Below, piece after piece: positions 9,762 through 20,284 of a stretch of DNA of 64,000 nt (the first letter of the stretch is position 1; each line of letters starts with the position of its first letter). Origin of the DNA: an uncultured Micavibrio sp. (GTDB lineage Bacteria; Pseudomonadota; Alphaproteobacteria; Micavibrionales; Micavibrionaceae); the NCBI GenBank assembly GCA_963977125.1, contig CAXBNJ010000008.1, forward strand, positions 4,020 to 68,019, in the 5' to 3' direction. Both the position numbers and the translations under genes were made by a program. The notes below the pieces were generated by a model. That model was not told the DNA's origin. It was given only the letters and a program-made list of their open reading frames with translations, and did no database searches.

Positions 9762-11249
9762 ATGCGCGATCAAACGAAGAGCCCTGTACAAATATACCAA
9801 AAATATATGTCTTATTACGTCGTGGCACATATTCCAATTTACGTCGTGACCTCATTGCTTTTTAACCATTCAGCATATGCAAGCGCTTTCCTACAAATCA
9901 TCTTGGCCTCTATCGCCTGTTGCGGGGTATTTTTATACAAGAAAAGCCGCGCTTTAAGCCTTGATCTGACCGCAATTGCCATAGCGCTAACCCCAGCTGT
10001 ATTGGTCTACACCCTACAGGGGGAAGCATGGCAGCTTGATGCACATATGTATTTCTTTGCCTCGCTGGCTATGGTGATTGGCTTTAAATCTATTCGTGCG
10101 GCGCTTATGGCTGCGCTGGCTATTGCCTTACATCATTTGAGTTTAAACTTCCTTCTTCCTTATGCGGTTTTCCCTGACGGAGCAGATTTTGCGCGTGTGA
10201 TCTTCCATGCGGTGATTGTGATTGTTGAAACAGCGATTATTCTGATCACGATTCGCGGGCTTTTACAAAATGATAAAACGATCATGGCTGAAAATGAAGT
10301 CACCAAACAAGCATTGGAAGAGGCCAATCAAGCCAAACGCATGCAAGAGCAAGCTGAAAAAAATGCTGAGCAAGAGCGCAAGAATATGATGAATGATATT
10401 GCTATAGACTTTGATGCCAAAGTTGGCGATCTGATCACATCTCTTGGTATTGCCTCAACTGAACTTCGGGACACTGCCGAAGTTATGCGCGGTATGGCAG
10501 ATAAAACCTCTACAGATAGCGAAAGCGTGGCGCATTCATCAGAAGAAGCGACACAAAATGTGAATACCGTGGCCTCTGCTATGGAGGAAATGTCGGCGAG
10601 CTCGTGTGAGATATCATCACAAATGGCCTCGGTTAAAAATCAATCCGCAGACACAGCGCAAAATGCACGCAATGCCAACGAAACCGTCTCTGACCTTAAA
10701 GAACAGGCGGATAATATTGGCGAAGTCGTCGGATCAATACGCGATATTGCAGAACAAACAAATCTCTTGGCCCTAAACGCAACCATTGAAGCGGCAAGAG
10801 CAGGCGATGCCGGCAAAGGTTTTGCTGTTGTTGCTGACGAGGTCAAAAAACTGGCCAGTGAAACCGCAAAGAAAACGGAAGAAATTGGTGAACGTGTCTC
10901 TAAGATTCAGGGCGTCACTCAAGATTCTGTACAAGCGATGGAAAGAATTATTGGTAATGTCTCAGAAATTGAAGACTCTGTATCCAGTGTCTCTGCCGCC
11001 GTCGAGGAGCAAAACGCAACCACTAATGAAATTGTACGAAGCATCTCTGAGGCGTCTAAAAGTGTGCAGCGTGTCTCGGGCGTAATTCAAGACGTACGAA
11101 AAGGTGCAGAGAACTCCGGTAAATCAGCCGATAATGTTCTAACCTCAGCCGTTGGCGTCGCGCAATTCACTGAAAACTTAAAAAAATCTATAGATGAGTT
11201 TTTATCTCAAATTAAAACTAGCGAGAGCAAGAATCATACAGCAGACTGA
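9762..11249 (+). CDS. methyl-accepting chemotaxis protein with polytopic membrane N-terminus
   Basis: Highly conserved MCP signalling tip [35 protein letters not shown]. The N-terminal ~170 aa are 5-6 hydrophobic helices with no periplasmic domain. AAGGA RBS. Confidence 0.88.
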   Translation: MRDQTKSPVQIYQKYMSYYVVAHIPIYVVTSLLFNHSAYASAFLQIILASIACCGVFLYKKSRALSLDLTAIAIALTPAVLVYTLQGEAWQLDAHMYFFASLAMVIGFKSIRAALMAALAIALHHLSLNFLLPYAVFPDGADFARVIFHAVIVIVETAIILITIRGLLQNDKTIMAENEVTKQALEEANQAKRMQEQAEKNAEQERKNMMNDIAIDFDAKVGDLITSLGIASTELRDTAEVMRGMADKTSTDSESVAHSSEEATQNVNTVASAMEEMSASSCEISSQMASVKNQSADTAQNARNANETVSDLKEQADNIGEVVGSIRDIAEQTNLLALNATIEAARAGDAGKGFAVVADEVKKLASETAKKTEEIGERVSKIQGVTQDSVQAMERIIGNVSEIEDSVSSVSAAVEEQNATTNEIVRSISEASKSVQRVSGVIQDVRKGAENSGKSADNVLTSAVGVAQFTENLKKSIDEFLSQIKTSESKNHTAD

Positions 11250-11365
11250 CATGGATATGCCATGAGCATGATTGATAGTCAGCCAGCTTGTCAGCCCCTA
11301 TAAATTGAGCTATTATACGCTGCACAACTGCGCCGATCATTATTATTTTATAGAAGGATAATACC

Positions 11366-12616
11366 ATGAGCATAGAGCCGATGATTCCTGTCCTAAACAC
11401 CCCCATAACACAAGCTGATTTTTATAAGCTCTTTACGGATTTCAAGGCGCAGTTTGATGCGATGGAACCTGAAGTATCACAAACCGTCTCAGACCCTGAC
11501 ATGGGGATTGAAGGCTATGTTGTTGTCTGGAATACCGGCATTAGTAAAGGCGGAAAATTAGAAGGCTGCGCCAAAGGCGGCACGCGCATTATTCATGATT
11601 TAGAACTTGGCGATGTGCGCCGTTTGGCGCGCAGCATGGCGTTAAAAAATGCGGCGGCGGGCCTACCGCTCGGCGGCGCTAAAGCAGGTTTGAAATTCGA
11701 CCCTAAAACCCCTGATTTTGAAAAAACTTATCGACGTTTCGTGACCTTATGTAAGCCACATCTTTATGAATTTGGCGGCAAATATGGCGGCTTTGGTTTT
11801 GATATTGGTGCGGACCCTATGCACGCCTTATGGGCGTGTGATGAACTGGGCTCAACAAAATCATTTACGGGCAAACCCCTTCATATGGGCGGCACGGATT
11901 ATGACCGTGAAGGTCATGCAGGATTGGGCGTGGCTACCGCTGCAAAAGCGGCGATTAAAACCAAAGGCCAGGCACCAAAAGACGTCATATTCGGCGTACA
12001 AGGCTTAGGCGCAATGGGCGCGGCTGTGTTTCGTTATTTTTCCGCATATGGCGGCCATTTACGCGCTTTATCTGATCCGCTTTATGGCGGCACATGGCGC
12101 TTTGAACAAGATCCATCAGCCGAGCTGCGCGAAGCGATCATTAAACGCGATGCGGAGCGCGTAAACAGCTTATTATTAATTGAGGCCGAGCATATCAGCG
12201 CGGATAGTCATGATGTTTTATATCAAGAACTCGATGTGCTTTTCCCTTGCGCCATGCAAGATACAATTACCATGGATAATGTTCAGCGCATCAAAGCGCC
12301 CCTAATCTGTGAGGGCGCCAATAACCCAACATCTACGGAGGCTTATACAAGCTTGTTTGAACGCGGCGTAATGGTCGTGCCTGATTTTATCGCCAATGTC
12401 GGCGGTATAATCGCCGCTTATGTTGAAATGACCTCCGATGTAACGCCCGAAGAAAACGTCAAAACCCGCGCTAAAGTCCAAGAAGCCAAAGATATGACCA
12501 TCCGTAAAATCAGCGCGAATGTAGAAGAGCTTTTTGCTATGGTCACGGCCTTTGCCGCTGAGCCATCCCATGTTGGACAATATATGGCTTATCGTAATAT
12601 TTTGGCGGCTTCATAA
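11366..12616 (+). CDS. Glu/Leu/Phe/Val-family amino-acid dehydrogenase
   Basis: Catalytic-lysine block LPLGGAKAGLKFDP, followed by a Rossmann GVQGLGAMG. 416 aa. RBS GAAGGA. Confidence 0.8.
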   Translation: MSIEPMIPVLNTPITQADFYKLFTDFKAQFDAMEPEVSQTVSDPDMGIEGYVVVWNTGISKGGKLEGCAKGGTRIIHDLELGDVRRLARSMALKNAAAGLPLGGAKAGLKFDPKTPDFEKTYRRFVTLCKPHLYEFGGKYGGFGFDIGADPMHALWACDELGSTKSFTGKPLHMGGTDYDREGHAGLGVATAAKAAIKTKGQAPKDVIFGVQGLGAMGAAVFRYFSAYGGHLRALSDPLYGGTWRFEQDPSAELREAIIKRDAERVNSLLLIEAEHISADSHDVLYQELDVLFPCAMQDTITMDNVQRIKAPLICEGANNPTSTEAYTSLFERGVMVVPDFIANVGGIIAAYVEMTSDVTPEENVKTRAKVQEAKDMTIRKISANVEELFAMVTAFAAEPSHVGQYMAYRNILAAS

Positions 12617-12620
12617 ATAA

Positions 12621-12660
12621 AAACAAGGCCAAGCAATTTAGAATGCTTGGCCTTGTTTTT
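12621..12660. terminator. bidirectional rho-independent terminator
   Basis: A 15-bp stem, AAACAAGGCCAAGCA / TGCTTGGCCTTGTTT, flanked by A and T runs, between convergent genes. Confidence 0.8.
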
Positions 12661-12710
12661 AAATTTGTTCTTAAATTAGAGAATAAAATCTATTTATTCA
12701 GATCGAATAT

Positions 12711-13958
12711 TTACATTGAGCAGCCACGTATTGTGTAGCCCATATTATCTGCATTTTGACGTATATCACAAGCCGCAGGATCTAAGCCCGCTTCCCTCAT
12801 CGCGATTTTTTGCTCTGCTAAATTTGCAGCTTCTTCAGCGATATTAATAAACTTATAGCCATCCGCCATTACTTCCATACGATAATCATTTATATCTGTG
12901 CCCTCTGGCATGGCGAGGATAAATTGTTCTTTGGCTTGATCAAAATGGATTTGCTCCAAAATTGATTCACCATGTAGCCATGAACGGTCAAGCTCTTCGA
13001 CTGTTTTCAAAGCCGCTTCTTGGTCAATCGCGATGAATTCATTCATGCCTGTATATTGGAAGTAGGCTATATCAACACGTGCTTTCGCATCACCTGTTTC
13101 AGCAGCATCTTGCAATAATTCAGCGCCCCAGCTTTCACCGCTTACGTGACCGGCAAGCTCGCCGAGTTCATCAAAACCATATTGGCCGTTAATCAGGCCA
13201 AGCCCGACATCTCTGATCGCCCATGTTTGACCATTTAACGCGGCATCAATCATATTGCGCGCTTGGGCTGATAAATTTTCATTTTCCGCAAGCATAGCCA
13301 ATTTCTCATAAGCATCTTCTGGAATAACCAGTTCAGGCTCTGGGATAGGTTCAGGTTCAGGGGTTGGCTCTGGTGTCGGTTCTGGCGCTGTTTCAACAAT
13401 AGGCGCGCTATCGCAGGGCACATCATCCACACAAGGGGCGTTGTTGATCGTGTCACCAATGGTGGTAATTGCTTCTTGGCCTACACCAAAATAATTAAGC
13501 GCCATTTCTGCGCCGCCGAAACCCACTAAAGCTGAAACGGAATTTAAGCCGAGCTTCACTGTATATTTTTTCCAATTGTCTTTAAAGAAATCAAGCTTAC
13601 TCTCATAAAGTCCGTCTTCTTTATAGTCCTTAATAAAGCCATGTGTCGTTAAGCCAACGCCTGCAACGGCCGTAAAGATTGGGCCTAATATCGATGCGCC
13701 CACAGCCATAGCTGCGATTTTAGCGCTAACGCCCGCGGCGACACCAAGTGCCGCTGGGGTAAAGGCTTTTTTCAATGTGCCTTTATTCGGCAAACGCTTA
13801 GATACGCGTCCCCAAATAGATTTTAATGAAAAGCGCGGAGGCTTGGCTGTTTCGCCAGATGGCTCATTAACGGCTTCATTAACTGGTTCGTTGCTTGGCT
13901 CATTAACCGGATCGCCCGCAGGTTTACGCGGAAGCTTACCCATATATTTCTTTTTCAT
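12711..13958 (-). CDS. hypothetical membrane protein with NEP repeats, Gly/Ala-rich TM segments and a PEPT linker
   Basis: 415-aa ORF. Basic N-terminus with NEPSNEPVNEAVNEPSGE, and Gly/Ala-zipper helices at residues 65-105 and 135-160. The linker APEPTPEPTPEPEPIPEPE follows, then a ~200-aa acidic C-terminal domain with a possible Sel1-like segment. Confidence 0.6.
   Translation of the reverse strand: MKKKYMGKLPRKPAGDPVNEPSNEPVNEAVNEPSGETAKPPRFSLKSIWGRVSKRLPNKGTLKKAFTPAALGVAAGVSAKIAAMAVGASILGPIFTAVAGVGLTTHGFIKDYKEDGLYESKLDFFKDNWKKYTVKLGLNSVSALVGFGGAEMALNYFGVGQEAITTIGDTINNAPCVDDVPCDSAPIVETAPEPTPEPTPEPEPIPEPELVIPEDAYEKLAMLAENENLSAQARNMIDAALNGQTWAIRDVGLGLINGQYGFDELGELAGHVSGESWGAELLQDAAETGDAKARVDIAYFQYTGMNEFIAIDQEAALKTVEELDRSWLHGESILEQIHFDQAKEQFILAMPEGTDINDYRMEVMADGYKFINIAEEAANLAEQKIAMREAGLDPAACDIRQNADNMGYTIRGCSM
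13332..13388 (-). repeat. (PEPT/PEPE)n coding low-complexity linker
   Basis: Residues 191-209 are APEPTPEPTPEPEPIPEPE. The DNA is an imperfect GGTTC/GGCTC-type repeat. Confidence 0.8.
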
Positions 13959-14079
13959 AGCTATCTCAGCAATCTCATCAAATGTTCATGTAAATGTGAA
14001 CGCCTTTATTACATAATAAAATGTAAATTGCAAGAAAACTAATTAAATCGTTATATATTAGCAAGTTACATTATTTTTC

Positions 14080-14109
14080 TTGACATAACAGGTGGAGACA
14101 TGGGATAAA
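14080..14109 (+). promoter_or_regulatory. sigma70-like promoter with AT-rich upstream element
   Basis: TTGACA (14080-14085), 18 nt, GATAAA (14104-14109), preceded by ATTATTTTTC. It shares TTGACATAACA with the promoters at 18393 and 27297(-), and a 15-mer with the one at 22890. Confidence 0.4.
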
Positions 14110-14206
14110 GCCGCCAACTTTGGAAAGCGCGTGTTGTTGCGGCCTATATATTAGCCAACACCGCAATAAATATACACGCTACTTAAAAATACGAAAGAAC
14201 AGATAC

Positions 14207-15736
<1,530 letters not shown>

Positions 15737-15757
15737 GGCACTGTAATATAGATATCT

Positions 15758-15796
15758 AAAAAAGGGCTGCTTGAAATTCAAGTGGCCCTTTTTTTA
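15758..15796 (+). terminator. rho-independent terminator
   Basis: A GGGC...GCCC stem around the CTTGAA/TTCAAG palindrome, followed by T7. Confidence 0.7.
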
Positions 15797-15883
15797 GTAA
15801 ATTAGATCAGTGCAATATAAACATTGCTTTTGATTCCATAATACTGTATTATTCCAGAAAATAAACATAAGGTGTGTAATATT

Positions 15884-16477
15884 ATGAGTATGAAATCAAG
15901 CCTAACAAAGCTCTTTATCGCGGCAGCCCTACCAACCATGCTTGCTGGCTGCGCAACGCGCTTCGTACACGATCTTAATGATGAATGCTTGCACAGAGTG
16001 AGCGATGACAAGGGCACAGTACTCAGCGTCGAATTTGACGATAAATGCGGCGCACACAAAAGAGACCTCGCAACCAGTAAAATTGACGCAGAAGGCCAAA
16101 ACGCGATTCTTAAGATAGAAGCCAGCGAAACCGCCCAGATCAATGTCATTCAACAAGAAAAAACTAAAATATTCTGGACGGCTCTGGCCACACGTGCGGC
16201 CTTTGAAATTGGTAACCCACAGCAAGAAGACACGGCCACGCGCCTGTTAATCGCCGCGCGCAGCCATGAGGACCTAAAAGTCAGAGACATGGTGCTGGAA
16301 GCACAAAACGAAATAGGCATCACGCCGAGCATGCTGAATGACAAAAACCAAATCTGGGATAAGATACGCCAAACGCAAGCCACTCCAGGCATACAAGTCA
16401 TCGAACTTGGCAATGGTGAGTTTTATATGGATAAATTCAAACATGCCTACGGCCCATTAGCCCCTATAAAACTTTAA
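15884..16477 (+). CDS. lipoprotein, function unknown
   Basis: ATG 15884 gives MSMKSSLTKLFIAAALPTMLAGC, with lipobox LAGC. AAGGTG lies 9 nt upstream. Confidence 0.65.
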   Translation: MSMKSSLTKLFIAAALPTMLAGCATRFVHDLNDECLHRVSDDKGTVLSVEFDDKCGAHKRDLATSKIDAEGQNAILKIEASETAQINVIQQEKTKIFWTALATRAAFEIGNPQQEDTATRLLIAARSHEDLKVRDMVLEAQNEIGITPSMLNDKNQIWDKIRQTQATPGIQVIELGNGEFYMDKFKHAYGPLAPIKL

Positions 16478-16522
16478 AACAGGCGATATATAGCGCACAA
16501 ATAAACGCTAACTCATTAAACT

Positions 16523-16553
16523 AAAAAAGGCTCCGAAATACGGAGCCTTTTTA
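16523..16553. terminator. bidirectional rho-independent terminator
   Basis: AAGGCTCCG / CGGAGCCTT stem with an AAATA loop, an A-run upstream and a T-run downstream. Confidence 0.8.
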
Positions 16554-16592
16554 TTATCTATATATTATGCCTTGAAAGAACCAACCTCAATA

Positions 16593-18248
16593 TTAAGGTT
16601 TTGGTTGCTGACCAGCGCGTGGTAGCGCTTGATTTTCATCTGTCAGGAAGAATTCAGGCATGTCTTCGGTGTTCATAAGCACGTTATCAAAAGCAACGTT
16701 TAGCTTGTCACCAATAGTAAATTTATGACCACTACGCTCGTTTGTAAGGGTCTTTTTATCATCAGAAATCACGTAATCGCCAACGGGTAAGTTGCCAAAT
16801 TTAATGCTTGCTTGATATTTACATTCATCAATAAGAACACGCACGCCGCGTTTCTCGCTCACATCAATAACCACAGCGCCAAGCGTATCGCCTTGAACTG
16901 CGTTAAAGTGTTTAGACATATATTGTCTGTTCACTTCTTGTGAGGCTTTTTTGGCACGACGTTCCTTGAAAGAACAATCCGAAAGCTGTGAGCCCAGTTT
17001 TGATTTATCAATAAACTCACTCGCCGCGCTAAAGTTAAATGTTTCTTTCAACGCACGATGCGCAAGCAAATCAGGGTAACGGCGTATCGGTGAAGTGAAA
17101 TGCGTATAACCTTTTAAGGCTAAGCAGAAATGCCCAACGTTGTTAGCAACATATTTAGCAGGTTTTTGCATACGCAAAATCATACTGCGCGCTAAGAATG
17201 GGTCTTCGCATCTTTCTGCTTCTAACAGCATCAATGAGAATTTTTTCTGCGATAGGCCGTCACCTTTTTTAATCTGACCGGCGCTGGCTACGCCCAATTT
17301 TTTCAGATCTTTAAGGGTTTCAGCTTTTCTGGCTTCTGGCTTTTCTTGTGTACGATAAACACCGACTTCATCTTGATCTTTAGACGCGCTGATATTTGCA
17401 CCAATCATCGCTTCTTCAATCAAGCTGCGTGCTTCGTCGCCATCAATGTGGTGGAACTCAATAGAGCCGCTTTTTTCGTCTGCGCGAATAGACACTTCAC
17501 CATAACCAAATTCAACAGCATTACGTTTGTTACGTGCTTTCTTAAGGTTTTTAAACACCTCGTATAAAGGCGTAAGAAGCGCAGGAGAGACTGCCGTAGT
17601 CGCTGGGTCATCTTTACCTTCAATGGCGGCAAGGACTTGTGTATAGGTCAGGCGTGCTGTCGACTTCATTACACCTTGGTGCAATGTACGGCCAATAATA
17701 TCGCCATGTACGTTAACTTTCATTTCATAAGCCATACACGCTCTATGCTCATTAGGTTTTAATGAACACAGGCCATTTGATAGCTCCTCAGGAAGCATCG
17801 GTACAACTTTAGACGGGAAATACACAGAAGTACTGCGATTTGCAGCTTCTATATCAATCGCGCTGCCTTGGCGAACATAATGCGAAACATCAGCAATGGC
17901 GACCCATAAAACGTGACCACCTTTATTTGTAGGCTCAGGATCTGCATAAGCATGGACAGCATCATCAAAATCGCGAGCATCTTCGCCGTCAATCGTCACG
18001 AGCGGCAAATGCGTTAAGTCTTCGCGATTAGCCTCATTAAGCAAATCAGCTGGGTTTGATTGTGTTGCAACAATTTCTTTAATTTCATCAATAACCGCTT
18101 GAGAGAATTGGCTAGGGATCCCCATATCCATAATAACATTATCTTCAATGTTATTTAAATAAAGGGGTTTAGGTGCAGGCTTCTCGTAAGGCTTTTTATT
18201 CTTATCGAATTTTTTGTTTTTATTTTTGTCGTATTTTCCGCGTGCCAT
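16593..18248 (-). CDS. RNase R/RNase II-family 3'-5' exoribonuclease, short form
   Basis: RNB catalytic block LVTIDGEDARDFDDAVHA and HFTSPIRRYPDL, plus a C-terminal S1 domain. ATG 18248 (AGGGGA RBS) gives the Lys-rich N-terminus MARGKYDKNKNKKFDKNKKPYEKP. No cold-shock/OB domains precede RNB. Confidence 0.85.
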   Translation of the reverse strand: MARGKYDKNKNKKFDKNKKPYEKPAPKPLYLNNIEDNVIMDMGIPSQFSQAVIDEIKEIVATQSNPADLLNEANREDLTHLPLVTIDGEDARDFDDAVHAYADPEPTNKGGHVLWVAIADVSHYVRQGSAIDIEAANRSTSVYFPSKVVPMLPEELSNGLCSLKPNEHRACMAYEMKVNVHGDIIGRTLHQGVMKSTARLTYTQVLAAIEGKDDPATTAVSPALLTPLYEVFKNLKKARNKRNAVEFGYGEVSIRADEKSGSIEFHHIDGDEARSLIEEAMIGANISASKDQDEVGVYRTQEKPEARKAETLKDLKKLGVASAGQIKKGDGLSQKKFSLMLLEAERCEDPFLARSMILRMQKPAKYVANNVGHFCLALKGYTHFTSPIRRYPDLLAHRALKETFNFSAASEFIDKSKLGSQLSDCSFKERRAKKASQEVNRQYMSKHFNAVQGDTLGAVVIDVSEKRGVRVLIDECKYQASIKFGNLPVGDYVISDDKKTLTNERSGHKFTIGDKLNVAFDNVLMNTEDMPEFFLTDENQALPRAGQQPKP

Positions 18249-18392
18249 GATACGTCCCCTGTTGTTTGTCTTATCGACATTTTTCATAAATTTATATATG
18301 TGAATATACTAATTCGCATAATTATACTGTAAAGTCAAGATGTAGTTTGTATTAACGCGCGCCTTTATAATAAAATAACGATGCGCCATTTA

Positions 18393-18421
18393 TTGACATA
18401 ACACAAAAACTCGTGTAAGAT
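18393..18421 (+). promoter_or_regulatory. sigma70-like promoter
   Basis: TTGACA (18393-18398), 17 nt, TAAGAT (18416-18421), 35 nt upstream of ATG 18456. Confidence 0.5.
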
Positions 18422-18455
18422 TTGGCCATATTCTAAACACATAGGGCACTTAAAA

Positions 18456-19328
18456 ATGAGCAACAATCAAACCACTCAAATTTTCAATCATGCGCAAACA
18501 TGGTCACAACGCGTTCTTAATGCTGATGAAATTTATGCCCAAATAGAAGACGCCCTACAAACCGCTGGTAAGTCACTGCCGCAAACTCCGCGTCGCCCTG
18601 ATATTCGTTTGATCCTTGATAATGACACAGGCCAAGAACTTAATTTTCTAAACCCGGGGGATCACTCAAAACAACAACCTGAAATTATTCCAGCCACAGG
18701 CAACGAAAAATCTGTCATGGTTATGCTCAAGGGCAATACACTTGCAGAACAAAATGCTAACGCTGAAACGCTTGTAAAGCGATTTAATTTACTCGAAAAA
18801 GGGCTCACTAAAGACTTCATACAAGCCTTAGGCACCGAGAGCACCAATGATTTGGTCGATGAAGCCTATGGCCCAGCGCCTTTTTCAGATCAAGCCGATA
18901 AACTTGTTCCCCTTGATTGGGAAAATCAAGATGGATCAACAACCGTAATCAGTGCAACAAAAGATAAGCTCTGCGCATATGGCGCTCGTGCGGCAACACC
19001 AGAAAATGTTTTCAGATCAGAAATTGCGCTCTTTATAAAAGGTACCGGCACCACGGCAGAATGTGTTGAAAGCACCGCAATGTGCATTGCTGTCTCCACA
19101 GACTGGAAAAGTGGCAAACAAACGACGCGCCCCATCGTCCCCAGCATAGCGCGTGAGTTTTACGGCGCGCATTATGACACAATGCCCTGCATCGCTATGA
19201 CCCCGACAGGCGAGGTTCAGTCTATTGATTTAAAAAATGGCGAAATTATATATCTCGCCCCAAAAAGCATTGAAGGGTTAAACGCGACAACATCATCACC
19301 ACACCCCCCTATTCTTCCCCGCCAATAG
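18456..19328 (+). CDS. hypothetical protein (290 aa), no recognisable domain
   Basis: Long ORF in an intergenic-flanked position with its own consensus promoter. No signal peptide or TM segment seen. Confidence 0.55.
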   Translation: MSNNQTTQIFNHAQTWSQRVLNADEIYAQIEDALQTAGKSLPQTPRRPDIRLILDNDTGQELNFLNPGDHSKQQPEIIPATGNEKSVMVMLKGNTLAEQNANAETLVKRFNLLEKGLTKDFIQALGTESTNDLVDEAYGPAPFSDQADKLVPLDWENQDGSTTVISATKDKLCAYGARAATPENVFRSEIALFIKGTGTTAECVESTAMCIAVSTDWKSGKQTTRPIVPSIAREFYGAHYDTMPCIAMTPTGEVQSIDLKNGEIIYLAPKSIEGLNATTSSPHPPILPRQ

Positions 19329-19538
19329 CTTAATAAGCAGCCCCACCTCTGAACATAAATACTTAATAACATTGTCTAAGTTATGGGTTAATCGATTCGC
19401 CAACTGATAAGAAAAAATATATAAATCTGCACATTAGAAACATCTTTTTATCCCACAATAACAATGCGGTATCCTATTAATTTGACCTGATAAAAAAAAT
19501 AACACACAGTAGGGCATATTTTTTAAGGGGTAAATTCA

Positions 19539-20045
19539 ATGTTTTATAAAAACCATTTTAGAGTTTCTATCTTCGCCTCACTATATATAGCCAGCATGGT
19601 CATCTTCTTAGCTTTAGCCAGCCCACACCAAGCCTTAGCACAAACCCCAGCGCAAGCTTCTGAGGAATCCGTAACCTTCGCGCGGTTAATTTCAACACAC
19701 TGCCTTGGCCGCTGGGCTGAACAAGACTGCTTAACCAGCGTTTCACAGTCAACACTCGTCCTTGCCGCAAATTATGCGGGCTTTCTTGAAAGTAATGGGA
19801 TGATTGGCGCTGTTGAACAAATTAAACAGCATTGTTCTGCGGCCACCGCAGGCACAAAAGGTGAATATCCTGCCTATGCCATGCAAAGCGCCTTCACAGA
19901 ATGTGCCAATATGATATTTGATGTGTCAGAACAAACCAACATAAAGCCTGACCTGTCCCATTATCAAATATTGGTCAGCGCTATATTATGCCTCAGCAAA
20001 GACCGCCGCTGTGCAGGTATTGAAAAGCAGCTTAAAGGGCAGTAG
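19539..20045 (+). CDS. hypothetical secreted Cys-rich protein (168 aa)
   Basis: Signal peptide ending ALAQ and eight Cys in the mature part. AAGGGG RBS. Confidence 0.55.
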   Translation: MFYKNHFRVSIFASLYIASMVIFLALASPHQALAQTPAQASEESVTFARLISTHCLGRWAEQDCLTSVSQSTLVLAANYAGFLESNGMIGAVEQIKQHCSAATAGTKGEYPAYAMQSAFTECANMIFDVSEQTNIKPDLSHYQILVSAILCLSKDRRCAGIEKQLKGQ

Positions 20046-20048
20046 ATA

Positions 20049-20282
20049 TTATTTTTTATCCGTGTCCGGCAAGTCCTTTATGCACTTTCTTCTGTTCTTC
20101 TTCCAAACCAGACGGGCTAGCCAGGCAACGACTAAACCAACAGAGACAGCCACAGCAATAATAGGCCCGAATATATACCCTAAAAATACAACAGCAGCGC
20201 CTGGTCCAATATAGGCTTGAGCTGCATTAATCACAAACAGACACGAGAACATTGTCGCTATTGCAAGTCTACGTAATTTCAT
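20049..20282 (-). CDS. small membrane protein; last gene of the sulfotransferase operon
   Basis: 77 aa: signal-like N-terminus ending AQA, then YIGPGAAV, a long TM helix and a basic tail KKNRRK. Its start lies 2 bp after the stop of the upstream gene. Confidence 0.5.
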   Translation of the reverse strand: MKLRRLAIATMFSCLFVINAAQAYIGPGAAVVFLGYIFGPIIAVAVSVGLVVAWLARLVWKKNRRKCIKDLPDTDKK

Positions 20283-20284
20283 TT

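Noticed and set aside
15802-16413. Three minus-strand ORFs (87-115 aa) opposite the lipoprotein gene.
   Set aside because: They overlap one another and the plus-strand ORF, which has a proper RBS, a lipobox and a downstream terminator.
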